A stretch of DNA of 64,000 nucleotides from the human T2T-CHM13v2.0 reference genome, Homo sapiens, in the NCBI RefSeq assembly GCF_009914755.1, contig NC_060929.1; one strand, given 5' to 3'. The translations under genes and the position numbers were made by a program. The first letter of the stretch is position 1, and each line of letters starts with the position of its first letter. Shown piece after piece: positions 26,766 through 41,522 of this stretch. The notes under the pieces were generated by a model, which saw only the letters and a program-made list of their open reading frames with translations, ran no database searches and had not been told where the DNA came from.

Positions 26766-28669
26766 GTTTTGTCTATTCAGAGATTACGAACGTCATTATA
26801 CAATAATTTATTTTTATGTTGTCAAAAAAATCTAATTTTTTAATTTTAATATTTTTAGTTTACCTCTACATGTACAAACATCTAATACAATATTACATAT
26901 ATATGTGTATTATTATATAGCTACTAAAATGCTTACATATCCATTTAACGTTAATAGAAATAACATGCCCAATCCAATATTCAATATTAGATTCAATGTT
27001 CATTTTGTTTATTTATTCGTTTTCTGCCTATAACATATTTAGCTTTTAGAATGTTATGTTTTTCAGAATAGATTTTCCACTAGAGTAGCAGAGTATAAAA
27101 ATACTAATAAGATATTCTTATCACCAACCTCTCTGAGAAAGTTCTTGTAGAAAAACACAGGAGAAAAATATATTAGAGATGCATTTGTAATAATCAGCTG
27201 AATGTAGCAGTGATATAACTATAAGAAAATGCTAATACTTTAGAGTTTAGACTACCTTCTCTTCATGCCTTCCTTCACCCTGGTGATTTTTCCTCCTTCT
27301 TTGTGTCCCCCGCAAATCAGATAGTAATAGGTGATTCCTGGCTCAGCAAGAAACCGGAGCTCCACCTAGGGATAGAGTGTCAGGCTGAGATCTAGAAAGT
27401 GAATTTTGCAGCCTATGTATTTCATGTAATTTACAAATAAAAATTATTTAGGAAATATTAAATTGCATATGAGAAATATTTTACTATTTTTTTCTATACT
27501 TTTGTATCAAAATATACAACCACTCTTGTAATATATCTTTATTTTTAAAATCTTAATGATCTTAAATCTTTTCAAGAAACGAAGTACTTTCAAGATAATA
27601 AAATAATGCACTGAACTCACTAAACTCATACAAATACTAGTGAATATTAAGTTGTATCATAAAAGTTAAATTTGGGGATCAGAGGCTATCATTTCAAATT
27701 GAAGTAATGTTGTTTACAATTTCTTTAAGTTTAAAATCATTTGGGGGGTTCCAAATATTAAATGGTTCCTATCTGGGCATAGAATAGGAGATCCATTGGG
27801 TTGGCCTTAGTCTTACATTACTGTTGCCAATGTTTGGCCTTCTCTGAGGCTATTTCTCAGAGAAATGGCTAGTGTTTCCTCCCACAGAGTAGGCTTTACC
27901 ATCCATATGTTTTATTTTTTTACTGAAACATCTAAGTAACGATTGATATTTATTTTACTTTATATGGCCAGAAGTTAAATCTGTAATTGCGATAAACAGG
28001 TATTTGGATTTGCTTGGGGTAATCTCAGCTTACACTGTTTTCCCTGTGTTCATATTAACATGCCTCTGTTTTATCATAGAAGGGTCCTGTTGGGTAATAT
28101 ACTATACCACCTATGGTGTAGTGGTTAAGAAAACAGGCCCAAAGCAGACTGCCTTCAATTAAAATCCAGCTACACTATTTATTAACTGTGGTGATGTGAA
28201 AAGGAACATAAAATATACTTTATATTTGAGAAACAGTATCATCAGTATTTGATGCTTGATTTTAAAACAAGAGACAGGGAAACAGTGGAACAGTAGAACA
28301 GGAGACAGGGAAACTGTTGTTAGTTTGAGGAACTTACCTCTATTTTGCTATATACTAAGAAAATATACAAAAATACAAGTGGGGAGTGGGATGAGGAAAT
28401 GGAACCAGAAGATGAGTTATATTTTGAACATGTTAAAATCTTTTGTGTTTTTATAGAAACAGACATTTAGAAGAGAGTTGGATGTTTAGGTCTGGGGTCA
28501 CACTCTACTGATTGACTTGGATAATTGTTATAGGCAAAGAGGGCTATGAGACAATCTCTCTCTCTTTTTCTCTCATCTTCTTCCCTCAGAATTCAAATAT
28601 ATTTTTTTTCTATCTGAAACTAACAACCAACCAGTCTTTGACCCTTCATTTTTCTCACATGTATCTACC

Positions 28670-30780
28670 TTTTATTTATTTATTTATGTTGCCAGATAAA
28701 TTGTATATATTTACCATTCACAACATGATATTTAGAAGTATATATACAGTCAGCATCACTTAGCAATGAGAAAAATTTTGAGAAATGTTTCCTTGGGTGA
28801 TTTTGTCCTTGTGAAAACATCATAGATGTATAATACTTACACAAACCTAGATGATACGGCCTACCACATGCCTAGGCTATATGGGATAGACTATTGATTG
28901 TAGGCTAAAAATCTACACCGCATGTTATGGTACTAAATACTGTAGGCAATTAAGTATTTGTGTACCTAAACATAGAAAAGACACAGTAAAAATATGGTAT
29001 TATAAATTGATGGAACCACTATTGAATATGCAGTGCACTGTTGACCAAAGTGTTGTTACTTGGCACATGATTGTACATTAGAGAATGACTAAATATAGCT
29101 AATTAATATATGCATTATTTCACACAGTTATAATTTTCCTGGTGAAAAATGTTATCTTCTTTGCATCCACTCTTAGCATTTTTCAAGAATATCAAGGATT
29201 ATTAATTATAGTCATCATCTTGTACAAAAGATCTATTGAACTTTTTACTATTATCTAAATGAAATTTTTTATCCTTTGGGCAACATATTCTCAATCCCTC
29301 CACTCCAACAATCCCAGCTCCTGATAACCATCATTTGGTCTCTACTTCTATGAGTTAAACTATTTTAAATTCAGTCTATGAGATTACATGATATTCATCT
29401 TTCTGTGCTTGACTTATTTCACTTAACATAATGTCCTCCAAGTTCATTTATGTTGTCATCAGTGATAGAATTTCCTTTTTTTCATGGCTTAATAGTATTC
29501 TATTTGATATATATATAACACTTTTTAAGTGAGTTCCTCTATTGATTGCTACATAGTTTGATTCCATATATTGGCTATTGTGAATAATACCGCAATAAAC
29601 ATGGAAGTGCAGACATCTCTTCCACATACTGATTTCATTTCCTTTGGATATATTCCCAGTAGTGAAATTACTATATTATATAATATTTCTACTTTTAATT
29701 TTTTGAGGAAACTCCATACTGTTTTCTCTAATGACTGTACTGATTTACATTCCCACCAACACTGTGAAGGCGTTCCTTCTTCTCATCCTCTCATACACTT
29801 ATGGTCTTTTATCCTATTGGTAATAGCCATTCTAATTTGTGTGAGGTGATAGCTCACTACGATTTCAATTTGCATTTCTCTGATAATTGGTGATGCTGAG
29901 CACTTTTCCGTATACCTTTTGGCCAATTGTATGTTTTCTTTTGAGAAATATATATTCTGTTCCTCTGCTCATTTTTAAATCATGCTGTTTTGTTATTAGG
30001 TTTGAGTTCCTTATATATTTTGGAAAGTCACCACTAATTAGATATCTAGTTTACAAATATTTTCTCCCATTCTGTAAGCTGTCTTTTCATTAAATTGATT
30101 ATTTCCTTTGATGTGCAGAAGCTTTTTAGTTTGATGTAATCCCATTTGTCTATTTTTGCTTTGGTTGCCTGTACTTTTGAGATCATATCCAAATGTTATT
30201 ACCCAGAAAAATATCATGGGTTTTTTTCCCTTATGTTTTTTCCCCAGGAGTTTCATAGTATCAAGTGTAAATTTTAAGTCTCTAATCCACTTTGAGTTGT
30301 TTATTGTATATCGTCTGAAATAAGGGCCTAATTTTATTCTTCTACATGGGAATATCCAGTTTTCTCAACACAGTTTATTGAAGAAAATGTCCTTTTCCCA
30401 TTGTGTATTCTTTTTGCCTTTGTTGAATGTAGTTTTCTATAAATGTATGAATTTATTTATGGGCTTTTAAATCTGTTTCATTGGTCTATGTATCTGCTTT
30501 TTATATCAGTATCATGTTGTTTTGACTATTAGAGCTTTGCAGTATGTTTTTCAGTCAGGTAGTGTGATTCCTTTGTTTATTTTGCTCAAGACTGCTTTAG
30601 TTATTCAAGGTATTTTATGCCTTTTGTATGAATTTTAGAACTACTTTTTCTATTTCTGTGAAGAATGTCACTGAAATTTTGATAGAAGTTGCATTCAAAT
30701 GGTAGACCATTTTGGGCTTTATGGATATTTTAACAATATTAATTATTCCAATCCATGAACACAGAATATCTTTCATTTTC
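28670..30780 (-). mobile_element. L1MA (about MA7-MA9) 3' UTR and ORF2 end, interrupted by Tigger3
   Basis: Antisense motifs gatgtgcagaagctttttagtttgatgtaatcccatttgtct and ccaatccatgaacacagaatatctttc; ORF 30038..30256 is an off-frame ORF2 reading. Confidence 0.9.
28747..29073 (+). mobile_element. Tigger3a/MER7-type Tc1-mariner non-autonomous element
   Basis: TA|cagtca...catgattg|TA ends; tacttacacaaacctagatg...cctaggctatatgg. Confidence 0.85.
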
Positions 30781-33739
30781 AGGACTCAGTTCTAAAGCCT
30801 TTTTAAAAAATCATTTCTATATATTGTCCACCTAGTAAGACGTAACTACTCCCACGGATTTAAATTCAATTTTTATAAGAACATCTATATATTGATGTTT
30901 TCAAATTTACCTCTCTAGTCCTAATCTTTTGGATGGTCTTCCTATTTATAAAAGTCAATGTTTTTGATAGGTTCAAAATGTGCAAACGTAAATTCTTGAT
31001 CATCCTATGTAAACCTGAATTACCTTTATAATTTGCCACTAATTATTTTAAACACAAACAGCCTTCATCAATAATTATGTCTTTATAACTTCCCACATTT
31101 TATCATTTGTTCTATAGAACAAATCTTCAAAACATAAACTTTTCTCCATCTTTACTGCTATCACTCCTGCTCCACCCACCATCTGTTAAACAATTTGCCA
31201 TGATTATTTATATTCTCTTGAAGAAGTTAAAGTTCTCTCAAGAAAATAAAGAGAAATTGCTAAGCTTTATTAAAATCTGTTCTAGCTGCTATAAAGTTCC
31301 CTGTGGAATTAAAAAAATTCAGCATCTTGGTTAACTTCAATTAATGACTGTATTTTTCTATAATAAAACCTATTTTGTTTTATATATATTTTTTCTTTTG
31401 AGCAAAAAATAATCAGAGAGGAAAGTGATATGATTCTATTAGCTAAGTGTGAGGTATAACAATAACAACAAATAGCTTGCCCGAAAATCTTATGACCAGT
31501 CTTCTCAATCCTGGGTTGAACTACATGAAAAATTCCAGTGAATAATTTACATACTAGCATGCTACATCTTTTCTTGGAGAACATCTTGCTCACACTATAA
31601 ATTCTAAGATATCTGGAATCAGGAAATCTGTTCAACTTTTTAAAATGCATATTTATAAACTCATTTCACAAAGGAATTCATAATTTGTCACATCTATCAA
31701 TGTCCTTAAGAAATAGTGTATTTTATATACAATTTGAAAACCCTGAAGGAAAAAAAAGCCCATAAAAGCCATTATATAATAAAGTAAGAGATAGATTATC
31801 GTAAATGTATAGGAAATAAAGTAGTTTTGGGAATGCTCTCTAACAGTGTCACATAGCTTTATATCCCCAGAGAAGAAGAGCAAAGTACAGAACAGATAAT
31901 AAAATAGTTTTCAATAATACAAGAAAGAGGGGCTTATTTTTAAATGCTTTGTTTCATCACTAATTCTCAAGTTAGAGTTCTAAAAATTTCCAGGCTCTAC
32001 CACTAAAGGCTGAAACTATAAAGCTAATTGTAAGCTACTGTATCTGTGATGAAGAGAAGGAAAACTGAGAAAAAAAGTTTAAAGCCCTTCTAATTTCTTG
32101 GGACAGACTCAGAATTGGATAATGTAATATTATTTAATACTATTAACTTTGAGTATGCGACATGAGTGGCAGTGTAGTTCAAATGTTTATTGGAAATGCC
32201 CTATTTTAGGGTATAAGTGTAATTTGTAGTTTTCAATATATTACAAAGATCAAACTTTGATCATGTGTTACCATTGAGAAATAATATTTCATTAAGAATA
32301 TATTGTACTATATTTCTAAGAAAGGTAACGATTTAGAAAAGGGCACTGTCACCAAAGTTCTAAATCTTCACAGGTGCAATTTTTCACATATAACTACATA
32401 TTTTCTCAATGTACGACTGCGTGCATTTTTGAATATATAAACTCATATTTTACTTAACCCAAATATAATTTTTTTTTAGTTTTTTAAAAAATATTTTATA
32501 GCATGTAGCTCTTTTCATGCAAATACTATCTATCAACTTATGCTAGTGAAGCAAATTCTTTTAAGATATGAAACATCTGGGAAAATTCATGAAAAAAATC
32601 ATTAAGAATATTTAATGAGAATGATTATTTGGGTTGTCCTCTGAAGAATGCTAAAAAAGAAACTTCCCTTTTTACTGCCTCATGATTCATTGCTAAGTAA
32701 CTAATCAGACCTCCTCTTACTTGCCTCCAGTTCCCATGCTTGACTTTGTTTTAGACTTTGACCTGGTGAGGGGTTGCCAAGAGGAAAACCACCTTCGTCA
32801 ACCACCTTTGTACTATTTAAAAGTATTAGATTCTCCAACATTCACAAAAAAACTTAAAAGCCTAGGAAACTCAAGGGGCTCTCACAATTTTTCCCACATT
32901 TCCACTCCTGCCAAAACCACAAATATTTATAGGCAATGTGTGTGTACAGTTTTCTGTGTTGAATATAGTTATTATTTCGATTTAGATTTAAGTGACCCTG
33001 ATAAATGAAACAAATGAAAGAAAGGGGCGTGTGAGCTTAGTGACCTTAAAATGGCTAATGTTCAAATTGTTGTTTTCTCTTAGTTCTTTGTTTGTATCCT
33101 GGAACAGTTAACTGACTTTGAATGCCCAAAATAGCTGTTTTCCTTAGACAAATGTCAAAGGAACTCTTCAAATCACAATAGTTAATGACAAAACAGCATG
33201 AAGTTACACCGGCTAATTGTCCTATTTATTATTTCTTTATTTTTCAGCTTCAATTGCCCAGTTCATTTTCATTTATCTTGTCTTTCTAGTTCTTGTTTCT
33301 TTTTTCTCTACTATATACTGAATTTGAGCACTTAAATGGTGTATCACTCTAGTTACACTGTTCTTCCCAAATATTCTTCTTCCATTTACTTAGGTAAAGA
33401 TGGAAAAGTAATAACATAATTTGAATATATTAATAAAATGAATGCTTTGAATAGGTCATAATACCAAAAAAATCTACGCTGAACTAAGCTTTACATGGGC
33501 AGTTAAATATTTCTGTGTTAACAGTGACAAAATTATATTAAATATAATTTTTTGGTTCTTACTCTCACTAAAATTAGTGCAAAACCATAGAAAGTAAAAC
33601 CTCTGTGATCAATTGAAATACTTCTATTTTAAACCTTAGTGAATGTTGTTTTTTATGTACCATCAAGTACAAGAAAAACACATATATTTGTAGGAAAACT
33701 AATAGAAGGATGATAAAATTGAGAAACATTTGTCTTTTA

Positions 33740-33915
33740 GTTCTTCTGCTTACTTGCTGTCTAATTTCATTGAAGATATTTAATCTTCCTGAACATGGAT
33801 TTTGCTCAGCTATAAAAAGGAACTAATAATACTTTCCTTACCCATATTCACAAAGTTCATTTAAATTAATACATGCATATGCAATAAGTAAACTCTGAAA
33901 TAGTATACAACTAAT
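33740..33915 (+). mobile_element. MIR fragment
   Basis: ttctgcttacttgctgt...gatatttaatcttcctgaac...ctataaaaagg...aataatact. Confidence 0.55.
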
Positions 33916-34248
33916 CTTTATCAAAATGTGAAACCTTATAGGAGTGAAGTGGGTGATCTAGATGGAAACAGAGACAATTTCGAAACCACAGAGAAGAACA
34001 CAGACAGATAGAATAGAACTGTTATTTATATCTTACTTATATAGGAAAGTTTAGTTTGGCAGATGGTTAAGAGACTTAGCCCTAGGTCTTCAATCATGAC
34101 TGAGCCTAGATAACACTACCCTGTGTGGTAGCATAATAAGGAATGTATGTACCCATCTTTCTGATAATCTGAATTTGTATTGGGAATTAACTTTTTATCT
34201 TACAATTATATCTTTTTATCTCTTCCAGCTTTTTAAAATTTGCTTTAA

Positions 34249-36762
<2,514 letters not shown>

Positions 36763-38552
36763 AAGAAATGCTTAGGTTTGTTTATTAAATTTACTGGTAA
36801 AGAAAATAGCAATGTTGACCCATTAGTCAAAGAAGATGAAATAGGAACACAGTATTGCCAGCAAATCCAAACTTTTATTAACCAGCAAATCCAAACTTGC
36901 ATTAAATTTTAACATTTTTGCTCTATAAAATGGCTGGCTAGAGAAGGCCTACACTGCTGTCAGGATTACTGGCTTAATTTTAGAGAGACAAAAAAAAATT
37001 ATAAGAATGTTCATTCAAAACAAGTTAAGTCATAAATTAATGTAATGTTGTCTTTTATTGCTTACCTCAGATTTTTCAAAGTTTCTTGGCCTAGAAGCAG
37101 AATAGGTCTGAGGTTTCCACATTTACCCACCTCTTAGTCAGTAACAACACAATATCAATAATCAAGAGATATAATATTACGGATCAGATTCACAAATATA
37201 GTCACCTCATTTGCAAATAACTAATTAAATATGGCATCACTTTTTAAATCTTTCTACAGAGGTATCTTCTCCTTATACATTCTTTAAAGTTTGTCTACTT
37301 CATGAACTGAAAATGGACCACTGGCTAAGCTTCCAAGGTATAGTAGATTTAAATGTTCCCTATCCAATATATATAAACCAAAAGGAGTGATTTTGATCAT
37401 ACATGACAAATTACAAAAGGAAAAACCATGTATAAATCCATGCACTTGAGTAAGGTTATGATTGCATTGTATATTGGTGTATTTTGATAGGTTATCAAAA
37501 ACATATTACCTATCATCAATCTTTAAAAAACTAATTATAAAAACATGTAAATTCAATTTTATTTATACTGTCTAATGGACTTATAATAATTATAACTTTC
37601 CTTTCAAATATACAAAGAAGAAGGGATCCATGCTGTCCACCCTTCTATTATTCTAAACTTTTGCAAAGGTAATAAATTGCTACTTTCTCATATCTGTAGG
37701 ATGCTAAACATAGCCTAATGTCTAAGATCCAAGTAGAGTTGTAAAACTATGCGTTGGATTCCAATATAGTGTGCCCCACAGATGTTGACAATCGTAGGAA
37801 AGCAGACCCAAATTATACAAACTTTCCCATCAAGTACCAACAACACAATGATTGTTTAAAACTAAACATCCAGGACTCCACATATGAGAAAGGGAATGTA
37901 CAGAGCCTGATGACTGTCCACTTAGTGTTTACAGTTTTTTTCCCTGCCTCCTGGGGAAAAAAAGAGGAAAGGAGATGACCAGAGTGGGGAAATGTGAGAA
38001 ATCAAGAGAAAACAATAAATAATGTAAATAATCTTAACAATTTTCAGCATATTTTTCTCATTTTGTAATTATACAATCTTGAGGTTGGAAGCAATCTTGA
38101 CATGCATGTAATTTAAATACATCAAAGTCTTTGAAGACTTATGTATTTTTTTAAAGTTCTCAAATTTGATTGGATGGGAAGCACACTGCAGGTTGAATAA
38201 CAACATATATGAGGCCACGGAAATGTTACTAATCTTCATGGGTTTGCTAATGACATTGGTAAAACAATAGGACAAAGGTTATAAATATACTTATCCAAAT
38301 TTTTGTAAAAGGTTCCTGTGAAAATATTTTGAAAATTGCAAAGTGCCATCCAAATATGACATGGAATTATTATTTTCCTTTGTTTGTAGCAGAACACAGA
38401 ATAAAAATATCAAGACATAAAATAAACATCAGTTTAGTTGGAAAAAACAGGAAGCTATATATTCAAAAATGACCTAGAAGAAAAAGTACATTATAAAAAA
38501 AATTGATAACAGCAAAATTGCTTATGCATGCAGTCACAAAAAGAAAAAAGTT

Positions 38553-41493
38553 TATATTAGTTCATTCTCGCACTGCTATAAAGATACTCCTGGAGACTAG
38601 GTAGTTTATAAATATAGGAGGTTTAATTGACTCACAGTTCTACATGGCTATGGAGGCCTAAGCAAAAGTACAATCATGGCAGAAGGGGAAGCAGGCATCT
38701 TCTTTACAAAGTGCAGGTAAGAATGTGATTGCACAAGAAAAACTACCATTGAGAAAACCACCAGGTCTCCTGAGAATTCACTCACTATCATGAGAAATGC
38801 ATGGGAAACCACCCCCATAATCTAATCACTTCCCTTCTATGACAGATGGCGATTACAGTTTCCTCCCTTGACACATGTGGATTGCAATTTGAGATGAGAT
38901 TTGAATGGGGACACAGAGCCAAACCATATCATTCCACCCTGGCCCCTCCTAAATCTCATGCCCTTTATACATTTCAAAACCAATCATACCTTCCCAAGAG
39001 TCCTTCAAAGTCTTAACTAATTTCAGCATTAACTCAAAAGTCAACAGTCCAAAGTCTCATCCAAGACAAGGCAAGTTCCTTCAGCCTATGAGCCTGTCAC
39101 ATCAAAAGCAAGTTAGTTATTTCCTAGATACAATGGGAGTACAGGTATTGGGCAAATACACTCATTCTCAATGGGAGAAGTTGGCAAAAACAAAGGGGCT
39201 ACAAGTGCCATGCAAGTCTGAAATCCAGTGGGTCAGTCAAATCTTAAAGCTCTGAAATGATATCCTTTAACTCCATGTCTCACATTCAAGTCAAGCTGAT
39301 GCAAGAGTTGGGTTAGCACGGTCTTGGGCAGCTCTGTCCCTGTGGCCTTGCAGGGTACAGACCCCTCCAGGCTGCTTTCATGGGTTGGCATTGAGTGTCT
39401 GTGGCTTTTCCAGGTGCCTGGTGCAAGCTGTCGGTGGACCTAACATTTTGGGGCCTGGAGAACCGTGGCTCTCTTCTCGCAGCTTCACTAGGCAATGCCC
39501 CAGTGGGAACTCTGTGGGGGCTCCAACCCCACATTTTCTTTCCTCATTGCCCTAGCAGTGGCCCTCCACGAGTGCTCCACCCCTGCAGCAGACTTCTGCA
39601 TGGACATCCAGGCATTTTCATACATCCTCTGAAATCTAGGTGGAGTGTCCCAAACCTGAGTTCTTGACTTCTGTGCACCCACAAGCCCAATATCACCTCA
39701 AGACTTGGGGCTTGCACCCTCTGAAGCAATAGCCTGAGCTGTATGTTGGCCATTTTTAGTCACAGCTGGGATGCAGGGCACCGAGTCCCAATATTGCACA
39801 AAGCAGCAAGGCCCTGGGCCTGTCCCAGGAAACCATTTTTTTCTTCTTCTAGGCCTTCCTGCCTGTGATGGGATGGCCTGCTGCAAAGACCTCTCACATG
39901 CCCTGGAGACATTTATCCTATTGTCTTGGTGATTAACATTTTGCTCCTTGTTACTTATGCAAATTTCTGCAGCTGGCTTGAATTTCTCCCCAGAAAATGG
40001 GTTTTTTCTTTTTTATTGCATTGTCAGCCTGCAACTTTTCCAAAATTTTTTTGCTCTGCTTACATTTTAAACATAAGTTCCCATTTCAGATCATCTCACT
40101 CAAGTTCAAAGTTCCACAGATCTCTAGGGCAGGGGCAAAATGCTGCCAGTCTCTTTGCTAAAGCCTAGCAACAATGACCTCTGCACAATTTCCCAATAAA
40201 CTCTTCATCTCCATCTGTGAGCATCTCAACTTGGACTTCATTGTCCATATTGTTACAGGTAGTTAGGCATGAGGGAGGCGGGAGAGGGATCCTATACTAC
40301 CCACTAGAAATCTTGGGTGATGGTTTTGCTATTACCACATAGCCTCTCTAAAAATGATAATTTGGCAGGGCCAGGGAGAGGCCATTTCTTGATGGTCCAC
40401 ACCTGTTAAAAAATGTTAGCTGACTGCCGACCCCAGGGAGAAGCCACTTCCTGGGCATGCGTGTTAAGAGACAAAGGTGGTAAAGTATGATCTTCTGGGC
40501 ACATGCTACCCAAAATAGGAAGCCTCAGATGGGCATGCACATAACTCCCTAAGCACATTGTGCGTGCTTAATTCTAAAGGGTAAGAAAAGCACTGGGCAT
40601 GCAGAAAGCCCACCCTAGTAGAAGAGTCATGGGAAAGAGGAGAGCTTATAAAATCCTAGACTCATGGTTAAACAGGACACTTAACCCTGTCTTTAACCTT
40701 CATGTGCCTGCTTGGTTCTCTTCCAAGTACATCCTCCTTTCTTTCCTGTCCTATGGCCTTTCTAACTTCCATTCCTGCTCTGGAACTTGCCTCCTTCTCT
40801 TTTTCTGCCTTATTGCCCTCAGTCGAATATTTTCTTCTGAGGAGGCAAGTACTGAAGTTGTTACAGACCTGTACAGATAGGTCGCAGGTAACTTGGGGTA
40901 ACAGATCCCTTCCATCAGTAGCAATAGAACTATCAGATTTTGGTCAAAACCATTCAACAAGTCTCTAGGAAGTCCAAACTTTTTTCACCTCTTTCTATCT
41001 TTTTCTAAGCCCTCCAAACTGTTCCAGCCTCTGCCTGTTACCCAGTTACAAATTCGTGTCCACATTTTCAGGAATCTTTATAGCAGTAACCCATTCTCTG
41101 CAGTACCAACTTACTGTAGTAGTCTGTTCTCACACTGGTATAAAGATACTACCTGAGACTAGGTAATTTACAAACAAAGGAGGTTTCATTAACTCACAGT
41201 TCTGTATGGCTGGGGAGGTCTCAAACGTACAATTGTGGCAGAAGGAGAAACAGGCATTTACTTCACCAGGCGGCAGGAGAGAGTGTGAGTGTGCAGGAAA
41301 AACTAACACTTATAAAATCATCATATCTTGTGAGAATTCACTCACTATTACAAGAATAGCATAGGGGAAACCACCTACATAATCCAATCATTTCCTTTCC
41401 TCGACTCCTGGGGATCATAGGTTCCTCCCTTGACACATGGGGATTACAGTTTGAGATAAGATTTGGGTGGGGATACACAGCCAAACCATATCA
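38553..41493 (-). mobile_element. Complete two-LTR MaLR element (MSTA/THE1D-like): 3' LTR 38553-38931, internal, 5' LTR 41115-41493
   Basis: Both LTRs end gccaaaccatatca on +; internal motifs gagcctgt...atcaaaagcaagttagtta and agatctctagggcaggggcaaaatgc. Confidence 0.93.
40251..40923 (+). mobile_element. Solo ERV1 LTR (MER50/MER73/MER87-like) inserted in the MaLR internal region
   Basis: tgttacaggtagttaggcatgag...ccatcagtagca; 4-bp flanks atat/atag; MaLR sequence resumes on both sides. Confidence 0.8.
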
Positions 41494-41522
41494 CAGGTAA
41501 AATAATGATAATAAGATATTCT

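Noticed and set aside
27995-28112. Possible MER81/MER94-like hAT relic
   Set aside because: Similarity too weak to support by eye
31107-33008. Short ORFs in unique AT-rich sequence as host exons
   Set aside because: No recognisable domains, low-complexity I/F/K/L composition, mostly non-ATG starts and no consistent splice framework
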